A stretch of DNA of 31,565 nt from a virus (Duplodnaviria > Caudoviricetes), in the IMG/VR virus record IMGVR_UViG_3300025751_000087, positions 1 to 31,565 of that record; one strand, given 5' to 3'. Positions 16,148 to 24,953 of this stretch are shown piece by piece; within the stretch, counting starts at the first letter, position 1, and the number at the start of each line of letters is the position of its first letter. The position numbers and the translations under genes are program-made. Under the pieces are notes generated by a model. That model had not been told where the DNA came from. It did no database searches and was given only the letters and a program-made list of their open reading frames with translations.

Positions 16148-16840
16148 ATGAATATTAAAGAATTTGACGATATAGTTCCCTATACAGGAATTATTGATGA
16201 TTTAAACAAATGGAACGTTCATTATTCGTCTTATTATTTATCACTGGACGAAGAACTGGGCGTATGTACAAGTACTAGGCAAAAAGAATTTACTATCAAC
16301 AATGAAATCTATAAAGAAGAATTTAAAAAAATGGAGCAACAAAAAATTAAAGAGTTAGTCCATGACATCTTGATAAATTTATACCTTAATTCATCAAATG
16401 AACCCCAAAATATAATAATAAAAAGGGTAATGCTTTTTTATTATAAAGATGAAGTAATCCCTGCCCTAACAGAAACCGAAGAAATAACATACACAATAAC
16501 AGATTTAGACCTTAAAAATAAAAGATGCTTTCATATGCTTGTTGCTATGGATACCATAGAAAAGCTGTTTGATATAAACCCCCAAGATTATATATGTAAA
16601 GACAAAAAAATATTTGAGGTACGTAAGCAAATAAATGAAGATTTTCACAAAACATTTGATACCTTGCATATCAACGAGAGCATACTTGAACTTTATTTAT
16701 ATGAATTGACCATTTCGTTAGACAACGAAAATCAGGCAAAGCTATATAAATATTGTTCTTTCCGTTGTTGGTGGGTTTTGGCGAATAAAAAGGAGCTTTC
16801 TAAAATGTATATAAAAAAAGGGGGTAATAAAAATGCATAA
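16148..16840 (+). CDS. Hypothetical protein
   Basis: 230-aa ORF; no motif recognised. Confidence 0.7.
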   Translation: MNIKEFDDIVPYTGIIDDLNKWNVHYSSYYLSLDEELGVCTSTRQKEFTINNEIYKEEFKKMEQQKIKELVHDILINLYLNSSNEPQNIIIKRVMLFYYKDEVIPALTETEEITYTITDLDLKNKRCFHMLVAMDTIEKLFDINPQDYICKDKKIFEVRKQINEDFHKTFDTLHINESILELYLYELTISLDNENQAKLYKYCSFRCWWVLANKKELSKMYIKKGGNKNA

Positions 16841-16871
16841 AAACAAAAAAAAGAAACCAAAAAGATATTAA
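16833..16871 (+). CDS. Possible 12-aa basic peptide MHKNKKKKPKRY
   Basis: SD-like AAGGGGG upstream; fills the gap to the next SD. Confidence 0.3.
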   Translation: MHKNKKKKPKRY

Positions 16872-16888
16872 AAAAAGGAGTATAAAAA

Positions 16889-17473
16889 ATGGATAATATA
16901 GAAATGGCAATAGGAACACTAGAAGCAAGAATGGCGAAGTCTTTAAAGGGTATAAATGATTCTATTGATGCACGAATTGCAACGTCAGTTAAAACTCAAA
17001 TAGCTAATAGTATCGAGTTTCAAGTTAACAATCACCTTAAAGCAATTCAAAATATATCAGTTGATAAAGCATTAACTGTTGAACAGTTGACTCGATTATA
17101 TCAAGATGTGTACCAAGCACTTCAAGACCTAAAATTAAACACCAATGGATATGGTTTATATGAACAAATGCAACAACTAAACAATGCTTTTCAATGCACA
17201 CGAGGCGAATTGCAAACAGTATCAAACAATGTTGAAAAATTAATTAATAATAAATATATCGAAGCTGAAATAACAAAAGAACAACTAAAAGCATTGTATG
17301 ATCAAACCAATACGAGCGGTGATGAATTAGCACGTCAGTTCAAAATGAGTGTAACAGAAGCGTATAACGTTTTGAATTGTAAACGTAAAGATTTAAAAAT
17401 GAGAAATGAATTTAAATTGTATTTGGAAAAGAAATTACAAAAACAAAAGGAACTATTAAATGCCACTGTATAG
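16889..17473 (+). CDS. Coiled-coil protein with possible C-terminal HTH
   Basis: SD AAGGAG; SGDELARQFKMSVTEAYNVLN is HTH-like. Confidence 0.6.
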   Translation: MDNIEMAIGTLEARMAKSLKGINDSIDARIATSVKTQIANSIEFQVNNHLKAIQNISVDKALTVEQLTRLYQDVYQALQDLKLNTNGYGLYEQMQQLNNAFQCTRGELQTVSNNVEKLINNKYIEAEITKEQLKALYDQTNTSGDELARQFKMSVTEAYNVLNCKRKDLKMRNEFKLYLEKKLQKQKELLNATV

Positions 17474-17828
17474 TTTTAAGTGTCAGTCATGCGAACACAT
17501 ACAAGATAATTTTTTTTCACTAAATGACAAGAAAATAGTTAATTGTGAATCATGCCGAAGTACTAATATGAAGCAATATTTTGGTAGTCATAACGTATCA
17601 ATTCATGGATTTACTGAATTTGACGACCCACGCGGTACAGGTGGCAAACTTACAATGAAACAGATTAAAGAAATTGAGAAGAAGCAGAAACTAGTATATG
17701 GGGGGCATGACGAACTTAAAAAAGAAGCAGATAAGAATCGTCAATACAACGAAAACAAAACCAAAAAAAAACTTGAGGGTATTATTGATAAAAGCGTAAA
17801 TACACTACATCAAAAATATAATAGTTAG
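17460..17828 (+). CDS. FmdB-like zinc-ribbon protein
   Basis: MPLYSFKCQSCEH...CESCRS. Confidence 0.8.
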   Translation: MPLYSFKCQSCEHIQDNFFSLNDKKIVNCESCRSTNMKQYFGSHNVSIHGFTEFDDPRGTGGKLTMKQIKEIEKKQKLVYGGHDELKKEADKNRQYNENKTKKKLEGIIDKSVNTLHQKYNS

Positions 17829-17837
17829 GAGGTGATC

Positions 17838-17969
17838 ATGCCATTAGAATATAATAAAAGTAATAAAGCATTTAAAAAAAATGTTAAAACTGAAATAAAA
17901 TCTGGTAAGCCAATTAAACAAGCGTTAGCCATAGCATACAGCATTAAAAAAAGAAAAAAGAAAAAATGA
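17838..17969 (+). CDS. Small basic protein of the MPLxxxxSxxA...KQAxAIAxS type (not in ORF track)
   Basis: MPLEYNKSNKAFKKNVKTEIKSGKPIKQALAIAYSIKKRKKKK; SD AGGAGGT. Confidence 0.8.
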   Translation: MPLEYNKSNKAFKKNVKTEIKSGKPIKQALAIAYSIKKRKKKK

Positions 17970-18133
17970 TTAAAAATTTAGAAATTGTCAAATTTGACTT
18001 TTGTTTTTATACGATTGAAAATTATAACGTCTACATTTCTAACAATGAGCATATTTGCGAATTAATCGATGATATAGACGATTGGTTAGAATCGCATGAT
18101 GAATTTGATACTTTCTGGATTAACATTAACTAA
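17966..18133 (+). CDS. Hypothetical acidic 55-aa protein (not in ORF track)
   Basis: MIKNLEIVKFDFCFYTIENY...FDTFWININ; ATGA coupling. Confidence 0.6.
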   Translation: MIKNLEIVKFDFCFYTIENYNVYISNNEHICELIDDIDDWLESHDEFDTFWININ

Positions 18134-18149
18134 CAAAAAGGAAAACGAG

Positions 18150-18320
18150 ATGAAAATAACTGAATTTAATAAAATGGTATGTGAACGAGAAGGTGGGGAA
18201 GAAGAATTGACCATTGCACAAATTGCGGAAGTAATTAAAATAGCTAACGAGTTAACCAATGGGGTGCTTTATGGCGTTATTGAATTAATGCCTACGGAAT
18301 GTAAAAAATGTTCAACATAA
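18150..18320 (+). CDS. Hypothetical protein (weak resemblance to HU N-terminal helices)
   Basis: ATG 18150 with SD AAGGA; MKITEFNKMVCEREGGEEELTIAQIAEVIK. Confidence 0.55.
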   Translation: MKITEFNKMVCEREGGEEELTIAQIAEVIKIANELTNGVLYGVIELMPTECKKCST

Positions 18321-18760
18321 TTGGTAATCTTGTAGGCTCAGTTGTTGGAACGGTTGGGGATGTTGTTAAAAAAGATCAACAAATCAAAGAAATAAAAGAA
18401 AAAGGTAAACTTGATATTCAACAAGCTAAAATTGATCTGAATGTTGCTAAACTAAAGGCACAAATTAAACAACAAGAAACACAAGCTGCCAACGATATGA
18501 CGTATGATATGCAAGTACTCAAGAATAGGCGTGAATCGTTCATTGATGAGTTTATAATCTTAGGCTTTTTTATTATTATGATTCTAACGTTTATCCCAGC
18601 CACACAGGCAACAATGGCGCAAGGATGGAAAGCATTGAATGACACTGCATGGTGGTTTGAATTTGGAATTGTGGGCATACTTGTTTCAACACTTGGTTTA
18701 AAAGATGTGTTACGTATTTTTCTTGGTGGATCAATCGATAAGCTAAAAAAAAAACAGTAA
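18308..18760 (+). CDS. Holin-like membrane protein
   Basis: Amphipathic N-terminus, coiled coil, SFIDEF followed by two TM helices, basic C-terminus; next to a lysin-like domain. Confidence 0.65.
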   Translation: MFNIIGNLVGSVVGTVGDVVKKDQQIKEIKEKGKLDIQQAKIDLNVAKLKAQIKQQETQAANDMTYDMQVLKNRRESFIDEFIILGFFIIMILTFIPATQATMAQGWKALNDTAWWFEFGIVGILVSTLGLKDVLRIFLGGSIDKLKKKQ

Positions 18761-19233
18761 ATGACCAAAACGTAACAAATTCTAAAATAGTCACGACTAA
18801 AACGGAATCTAATGTAAACCAGTCGAATTCGACCCCTTTAGAATACGATCTTATCTTTGATGTTGTTGATACCTTTAATAAAACCAAACTTGGTAACTTA
18901 TGCATCAATGACCAAAAATGGGAATGCATAAGCGGTAAATATGGAAATGGAGCATTGCCAAAGGGTATGTACAAAATTGAAGATTGCTACAAATTGGATC
19001 CGATTAAAGGTAAAACAGAGGCGTATACAGGTAGAGAATTTCCTTGGGTAGCTAGACTAACGCCACAATTTGAAACAAATCGCACAGGCTTATTAATTCA
19101 TCCCGATGGCAATAAAGAGGGAACGAGAGGTTGTATTGGGATATCTAAAAAAGAAAATGATGTTGCAGTGTATGAATTAATCACAAATTTATTAAAAAGT
19201 AAAAAAGAATTGATACTATATGTTAATAAATAG
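18742..19233 (+). CDS. L,D-transpeptidase-fold (YkuD/Tlde1/DUF5675-like) putative endolysin domain; no own ATG, probably frameshift-fused to the holin-like gene
   Basis: Frame open from 18742; SGKYGNGALPKGMY, RTGLLIHPDG, TRGCIG (His/Cys catalytic pattern). Confidence 0.7.
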   Translation, partial: AKKKTVNDQNVTNSKIVTTKTESNVNQSNSTPLEYDLIFDVVDTFNKTKLGNLCINDQKWECISGKYGNGALPKGMYKIEDCYKLDPIKGKTEAYTGREFPWVARLTPQFETNRTGLLIHPDGNKEGTRGCIGISKKENDVAVYELITNLLKSKKELILYVNK

Positions 19234-19239
19234 TATAAT
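19210..19239 (+). promoter_or_regulatory. Sigma70-type promoter with no downstream same-strand gene
   Basis: TTGATA-18-TATAAT. Confidence 0.65.
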
Positions 19240-19245
19240 TTAGAT

Positions 19246-19328
19246 GAGTAATCATATTTTGGCCTACACCCTTTGTTTTTTTGTATATCTTTTAAATTAG
19301 TAGGCCAATCCCTAACTAATCTTTTTTA
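19246..19328 (+). ncRNA. Candidate trans-acting antisense sRNA U4
   Basis: 9-bp perfect stem TTGGCCTAC/GTAGGCCAA with a 32-nt loop complementary to the leaders at 11952-11969 and 12174-12191. Confidence 0.55.
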
Positions 19329-19648
19329 TAGCGTTTTACGATGTTTTGCCCGATTTGTTTTAACCGTCTAACTGAATCGTAATTGCTTGGTATGGGAGCA
19401 TCCCATCTTTTAAATTGCATTGCTGCTGGGGTTGGTCGTCCTTGCTTGTCTTTTAATGGTTGGCTTTGTTTTAAAATTTGTGTTGCTTTGCGTAATAGAA
19501 ATTTACCACGTGTTAGCTTACGTGACGGACTAGCTTTACTAACATCCCTAACAGGACGAGCGACACTGCCACCGGTGCGGTTATACTCATCCATTTTCTT
19601 ATTTGTACGCTTGTCATAGCGTTTATACTTCTCTTCCGCACTCAACAT
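19316..19648 (-). CDS. Basic phage protein (DUF6321-like)
   Basis: YNRTGGSVARPV...PLKDKQGRPT....FKRW resembles this family from memory; TGATG-coupled to the portal. Confidence 0.5.
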   Translation of the reverse strand: MLSAEEKYKRYDKRTNKKMDEYNRTGGSVARPVRDVSKASPSRKLTRGKFLLRKATQILKQSQPLKDKQGRPTPAAMQFKRWDAPIPSNYDSVRRLKQIGQNIVKRYKKD

Positions 19649-21642
19649 CACCCGATACTATTTATAAAATTAGGTACTTGTGGCATTTCAGGCATTGGTG
19701 GTGGGGGCATTGTTAGCCCTAAGCTGTCTGTTATCGTACTAATTGCCGATACTTGTTGCTCAATAGGTAATACACCAATTAATTCAATAATATCTTTTAA
19801 GCTCATATTTACATTTTTAATGTATGCGTTAAAATCTGGCTCAGGTATTGGCACTTGAGCTTGTTCGTCTTGCTCTTCTTTTATTTTATTGATGATTGCT
19901 CGGTAATTTGGATAATCCAACGTTTTCAAAATTAACTCTTTGACGTCTGGGTTATTGATATCCCCAAATATACCTTGTTGCGCTAATTGCATGGTCGTTG
20001 CAGCGATTGCCGATTGTGATTGTGGCAATGAACTTCCAGCAGTTATTTCAACTTCGTACTCACCCAGTGTTAAATCAGATTTAATGGTATCAATGGCCAT
20101 TAATTCGTTTGTCATCATGTCACGATCATATATGTTTATTTCCATTTCACCCATTTCATTAGGCTCCATTGACGCAAATTGTGTTCCACTGGCCATGCGA
20201 ATGATTCTTGGTTGATTGTAATATAATTGTATCAATACAACAGCTTTATTGCTTATATCGGTTAAGAAGTTTTTGAAATTACGTTGCATCTCACGAATAG
20301 ATGACATTGGCGATTCAATCAAATCACGTACCATTTGACCACTGTTAACACCGGTTGGGCGTTCACCTGATAGCATAATCTCATTGATACGTGCAATCTT
20401 GTATGCATCTTGTTTCAAATCTTGTATATGCTGTCTCATAATTTGTATATCATTAGTCAACTTGTTGGTAACCAACATCGGTTGTGTCATTGGGTCACCA
20501 GGTTGGCTACCAATAATATCAAAATTGCCCTGGAAATGTCTTCGGTAGTTTTCGGGAACAATTAACATTGATTTGTATTTAACAATTAACTCTTGAAGTT
20601 TAGCATATGCATTGGTTAAACGTGCTTGTATTTGCATTAAATCCTCAACGTCACCTTGCCCCATTAGAGAATCACTTTGTGTTGGTGAGTAAGTAGCAAA
20701 TGGGAAACCAAAAGGGTAATCGATTGGCCGATCTTCCAATATTTCCTCACCACTAAAAATGATTAAACGTCCATTTGGGTATTTAAACCTTTCTTCGGTT
20801 TTCATTTCCTGATCTTGCTCTGATTCGTCATCCAAAGGAACAAGCACCGTATCATCTTTTAAGTAACATTCCCAAAGTTCGATATTATGTTCAGTTCCAG
20901 AAGGCTTTAAACTACCTTCATTTAAATACATTTCACTACCGGTAGTTACACCGTTAGCAGTTACTTTACCAGCAACAACCTTGTTTGTAGGCTCTCCCAT
21001 GTCGATAGTTGCCGATGGTGAGCTTAATTTATCAATCTTTTTTAGAATGTCAGGTTTATTTTTGTATTGGTTAATTAAATCAAAACGACTAATAACACGT
21101 TTAACAAATATATAGTTACAGTTTTCAATGTTTGTTGCAGTTGGTTCAGGGTAAAAATCTAATGGACTAACACGCTCTATCCTTATATCACCTAACCCAT
21201 TATTAATTGACTGATTCCATATAACTTTGGCAATACCTACGCCATAGATTGAACCATCACGCATAACTTTTTGTGAGATGTTCGATAATTCCGAACTTCT
21301 TTTAATGTTTTCCCAACAATCATTCAAAATATCAGCGATTGATTCTAATTGCTTTAGATTATCAAAAGTCTGGTGTGATAGATTAGCAGGTTTGACGTTC
21401 GTCGTAATCATTGCATCCAAAGCGGTTGTAGCCTTAGTTTCAACGATTGGCTTTATAACATTATAGTATGCGTTGCCTTGCCCAGCACTTCCAAGCGTTG
21501 TATTTCCATCTCTATCAACGCCAGTAATAGGCTCAAACGAACCATCATAATAACGCTTATATTTTTTAAGCTGCTTGGTGTTATGCCCCGATTTTGCCTG
21601 AGACAATAAATTATTCAGGTATTTAATAAAGGGGTTATCCAT
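19648..21642 (-). CDS. Portal protein (P22-like), on the opposite strand to other structural genes
   Basis: RYYDG, YNVIKPIVE, DGSIYGVGIAKV.W, RVSPLDFYPEP, long Q-rich C-terminal helix; start ATG 21642 or a nearby upstream codon. Confidence 0.88.
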   Translation of the reverse strand: MDNPFIKYLNNLLSQAKSGHNTKQLKKYKRYYDGSFEPITGVDRDGNTTLGSAGQGNAYYNVIKPIVETKATTALDAMITTNVKPANLSHQTFDNLKQLESIADILNDCWENIKRSSELSNISQKVMRDGSIYGVGIAKVIWNQSINNGLGDIRIERVSPLDFYPEPTATNIENCNYIFVKRVISRFDLINQYKNKPDILKKIDKLSSPSATIDMGEPTNKVVAGKVTANGVTTGSEMYLNEGSLKPSGTEHNIELWECYLKDDTVLVPLDDESEQDQEMKTEERFKYPNGRLIIFSGEEILEDRPIDYPFGFPFATYSPTQSDSLMGQGDVEDLMQIQARLTNAYAKLQELIVKYKSMLIVPENYRRHFQGNFDIIGSQPGDPMTQPMLVTNKLTNDIQIMRQHIQDLKQDAYKIARINEIMLSGERPTGVNSGQMVRDLIESPMSSIREMQRNFKNFLTDISNKAVVLIQLYYNQPRIIRMASGTQFASMEPNEMGEMEINIYDRDMMTNELMAIDTIKSDLTLGEYEVEITAGSSLPQSQSAIAATTMQLAQQGIFGDINNPDVKELILKTLDYPNYRAIINKIKEEQDEQAQVPIPEPDFNAYIKNVNMSLKDIIELIGVLPIEQQVSAISTITDSLGLTMPPPPMPEMPQVPNFINSIG

Positions 21643-21677
21643 GAACATATAATACAATCAGAATTTTATATGTTCAT
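21641..21677. promoter_or_regulatory. Perfect 12-bp inverted repeat overlapping the portal start
   Basis: ATGAACATATAA-13 nt-TTATATGTTCAT. Confidence 0.6.
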
Positions 21678-21768
21678 TATCTTTTTTTAAACATTCTGTT
21701 AATTTTATTTCACATTTTGTTAAAAAAAAGTAAATGCATTTTGTAAATTCGGAATATATGATTTCAGT

Positions 21769-22182
21769 ATGGAATTAAGATATGGGCAAGCCATACAACT
21801 CAGAAAAGATATTGATTTAAGTTTCTATTGTGACGGCATATTACCAGCTGGCCAAATGGGATATCAAGAAACCCATTACAAAATTAAATTCGATCAAGCA
21901 ACAATTATTTTACCACAAAGTTTAGTTTCTGAGCTTTTCGAAGAATATGAAATTACAAGCAGCGAAGGTGAGCAAGTTGTTGAGCAAGTTGAAGAATTAA
22001 TTGAAGAAGTTAAGGAATATGTAGAACACGTTGAAGTTCAAAATGATTCTATTGTTGATTTAACTAAATTGAAAAAAGATGAATTAATTCAATTGGTTAA
22101 GACAGCTTTCCCTGATCGTGACTACAGCGGATTAAAAAAAGATGAATTAATTGAGATTCTGGAAGGGCCAACAGATGCATAA
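21769..22182 (+). CDS. Protein with C-terminal Rho-N/HeH-like domain
   Basis: DLTKLKKDELIQLVK...YSGLKKDELIEIL. Confidence 0.65.
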   Translation: MELRYGQAIQLRKDIDLSFYCDGILPAGQMGYQETHYKIKFDQATIILPQSLVSELFEEYEITSSEGEQVVEQVEELIEEVKEYVEHVEVQNDSIVDLTKLKKDELIQLVKTAFPDRDYSGLKKDELIEILEGPTDA

Positions 22183-22525
22183 AGATAAAAAAGAAGGCAT
22201 TATGATTGTTTTTGGTAATTCCAAACCAGAAAAAGACGAATATAAAGAAGATAAAAAAGAGTATAAAGAAAACAAAAACGAAAAGACTGAAAAAGAGTCA
22301 AAATTACAATATACTCTTGAAGATTTTGGCGGTTACACGCCCATGGAATTGGTTTCAAAATTAGAGGAAGCCAAGGACTCTATAGCTAAAGGTAGTACTA
22401 AAGAGGCAATTATGGCTCTTGATTCTTGTATTGTTCGGATAACGGGTAAGCAATTACCAGAAAACGACCCGGATAGTGCTATGAAGACAGACCCATTTTA
22501 CGAACTCGATAAAATACTATCTTAA
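22175..22525 (+). CDS. Hypothetical charged protein
   Basis: ATG 22175; E/K-rich. Confidence 0.65.
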   Translation: MHKDKKEGIMIVFGNSKPEKDEYKEDKKEYKENKNEKTEKESKLQYTLEDFGGYTPMELVSKLEEAKDSIAKGSTKEAIMALDSCIVRITGKQLPENDPDSAMKTDPFYELDKILS

Positions 22526-22545
22526 AAATATTTTAGGAGGAAACA

Positions 22546-23343
22546 ATGGCAGACGACACCCAAGGCGAAGTCGCAACGGAACAAGTCCAACCAGAAGCCA
22601 CCCAAGTAACATTTGGACAAGGCGAAAATACGGACACTCTAGGCGATGCGAATGGACAAGTTGAAAGCGAGTCTATAAATTCATGGGAAGGGGATAAGCG
22701 GTTTGAATCGCACTGGGGAAAAGACCCAAACAAAATGTATGAGTCTTTACGGTACGAAGAAAAACGGCGAGATGAATTTAATAATCAAGTTAATGATTAT
22801 AAAAGGCAAGTTGAAGAACTTCAAAGATATAAAGACGACTATACGCAAATTGAAGAATTGCTCAATCATCCTCAAATTGGTCCAGATATAGAAAACGTCT
22901 TAAATAAATACAGTAACGGTGAACAAGAACAAGTACAGCCACAAACTAATGTTCAAGATGACAGATTAAATGAAATCTTGTCCTGGAAAGAACAGATTGA
23001 AAATCAAGCGTTGTCACATTACGAAACTCAACAGCAAAATGAGGCTTTTAACAAAATTGATAAGTTAGCTGAGCAATATGTCATTAATTACGACAAAGAG
23101 CAGTTTGCTAATTTTATGAATGAAGCACAAATCCCTAAGCATTTATGGTTTGATGCATTTAAAGCCCAAGCATTTGAGCAAGTAATGGCAAAGCATGGAA
23201 CACAAGCAGCAGAACAAGCACTAAGCAAAGCACAAGCAACGCCGAGTGTTGTTACTGGTAGCAATAAAGTTCCAGTGGGGGCAAATCCTCCAAAAAGCAT
23301 CGATGATTTTAAGGCGCAACTTGATTTTATTTTACCGGATTAA
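22546..23343 (+). CDS. Capsid scaffolding protein
   Basis: Acidic disordered N-terminus, coiled coils, directly before the major capsid gene; SD AGGAGG. Confidence 0.7.
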   Translation: MADDTQGEVATEQVQPEATQVTFGQGENTDTLGDANGQVESESINSWEGDKRFESHWGKDPNKMYESLRYEEKRRDEFNNQVNDYKRQVEELQRYKDDYTQIEELLNHPQIGPDIENVLNKYSNGEQEQVQPQTNVQDDRLNEILSWKEQIENQALSHYETQQQNEAFNKIDKLAEQYVINYDKEQFANFMNEAQIPKHLWFDAFKAQAFEQVMAKHGTQAAEQALSKAQATPSVVTGSNKVPVGANPPKSIDDFKAQLDFILPD

Positions 23344-23359
23344 AAAAGGAGAATAAAAA

Positions 23360-24376
23360 ATGGCTTTAACAGCAGCACAGCTAGACGAAGTACAAGCGGT
23401 CGCACATAATGCTTTTGATAAGATTATGCCCGATCAATTTTTAACATCAAGTGCCTTTGGTAGCATGATGTCTAAAAAACCAAATTTGGAATATGTATCT
23501 GGTGGATCTAAAATCCAGCAACCTGTACAAATTGCAGAAAACGCAGCTGATGGTTTCATCGACGGAAAGTTCGATGTATTGGATTTATCAGCTTCTCAAC
23601 AATTAAGTTTTGCAGAATTTGATTTCAAATACCAAAACTACAACGTGTCTATCACTCTTGATGACATTACTAGAACTGGTGACACAGCTAATGCAATCAA
23701 ATCACTTTTAGTGGAAAAGGTTAATTTAGCTGCTGGAACTGCGAAGCGTACCTATGCACAAGCATTGCATGGAAATGGTTCAGATTCTAACGGTAAAGCA
23801 ATCAACGGACTTGCGGATGTAATGGCTGCCTCTGGAACTGCTTATGGTGGTATTACTAACACTGATTTAAACGATTCAACAACTTGGTTGACCGAAATTG
23901 ATTCAGACACTAACACAATTAATTACGCTAATTTAAATAATTTAGTTGGTAAATTAATTGCTCGTGGGCAAGGTGCAGGTGATGCAACTGGTTCATACGC
24001 GCCAGATGTAATGATTTCTAACTCATTCGTACAAGATAAGTTTTTGGCTTCCCAACAGTCTCAGCAACGTTTCGCACGTGAAGACGACTTGAAAGCTGGA
24101 TTTGCTGGATGCAAGTTTAGAAATATAGATTGGTACGTAGATGAATACAGCCCTGGTTCACAAGATGGTTCAACAGCTGACAATTTCTTATATGTACTGT
24201 CTAGCCCAACATTTGCTTTGAAATATAAGTATGGTTTTGAAGGAAAGAAAGCTCCTGTTGATTTTAACGGACGTATTCCTAACCAAGCAATCATCACTTC
24301 ACAGCATTTCATGGCTTACAATCTAGTATGTAGAGCGCGACGTTACAACGGCGTATTTAAAAACTTAACAGCTTAA
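23360..24376 (+). CDS. Major capsid protein
   Basis: 338 aa; GGSKIQQPV, AEFDFK, LHGNG...INGLAD, YGGI motifs; strong SD; synteny. Confidence 0.85.
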   Translation: MALTAAQLDEVQAVAHNAFDKIMPDQFLTSSAFGSMMSKKPNLEYVSGGSKIQQPVQIAENAADGFIDGKFDVLDLSASQQLSFAEFDFKYQNYNVSITLDDITRTGDTANAIKSLLVEKVNLAAGTAKRTYAQALHGNGSDSNGKAINGLADVMAASGTAYGGITNTDLNDSTTWLTEIDSDTNTINYANLNNLVGKLIARGQGAGDATGSYAPDVMISNSFVQDKFLASQQSQQRFAREDDLKAGFAGCKFRNIDWYVDEYSPGSQDGSTADNFLYVLSSPTFALKYKYGFEGKKAPVDFNGRIPNQAIITSQHFMAYNLVCRARRYNGVFKNLTA

Positions 24377-24400
24377 TAATTTTTGAAAGGAGAAAACTAA

Positions 24401-24907
24401 ATGTCTTATGTAAATTCAATCGATACTGATGATTTAACAAATCCCTCTAGCACACGTAAATATGAGCTAGGCGCACGATATGTTGATAATTCAGACACTA
24501 ACGCAATTAAAAAAGAGTATGTGTACGTTAAAGCACATGGTGCATTGACTCAGTACCAGCCATACCAGTTATCAGCGGTTAACACTGCTGGAGCTGAGGT
24601 ATCAACAAAAGCCCCTGCAACTACTGCAAGTGGTGCTACTGTTGTTGCGCCTCAAGTTGCTGTTACTTCTGGTTATTATGCATGGGTTGCTTACAAAGGT
24701 ATCGTAACTGTATTGACTACTGATACATTTGCAGCCGGTGACTATGCCGAAGTATTGAACGCAGGAACTGGTCTTAAATTAGATGGTGGGGTTTCTGGTT
24801 CAACTGCCGAAGGTGCAGGTTCCGTTGGAATCGCAACTACTGCTACAAGCGGTGGTTCAGCATCATTCGTATTGTCAGGAAACGTAGTAGCTGTCGCAGC
24901 TTCTTAA
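24401..24907 (+). CDS. Capsid decoration/cement protein
   Basis: YELGAR...EYVYVKA...GYYAWV..KG; Ala/Thr/Gly-rich; follows the major capsid gene. Confidence 0.65.
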   Translation: MSYVNSIDTDDLTNPSSTRKYELGARYVDNSDTNAIKKEYVYVKAHGALTQYQPYQLSAVNTAGAEVSTKAPATTASGATVVAPQVAVTSGYYAWVAYKGIVTVLTTDTFAAGDYAEVLNAGTGLKLDGGVSGSTAEGAGSVGIATTATSGGSASFVLSGNVVAVAAS

Positions 24908-24916
24908 TGGGTTTTA

Positions 24917-24941
24917 GGGTGGTGGCCAAGTGCCACCTCCC
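24917..24941 (+). terminator. GC-rich hairpin after the capsid genes (attenuator or stabiliser; no U tract)
   Basis: GGGTGGTGGC-CAAGT-GCCACCTCCC. Confidence 0.45.
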
Positions 24942-24953
24942 ATACATAAAGTT

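Noticed and set aside
18822-18833. Palindrome GTCGAATTCGAC as frameshift stimulator
   Set aside because: About 67 nt downstream of the A tract, far beyond the usual 5-9 nt spacing
19240-21768. Recombinase-driven invertible portal segment
   Set aside because: No matching inverted repeats seen at the two boundaries and no invertase gene
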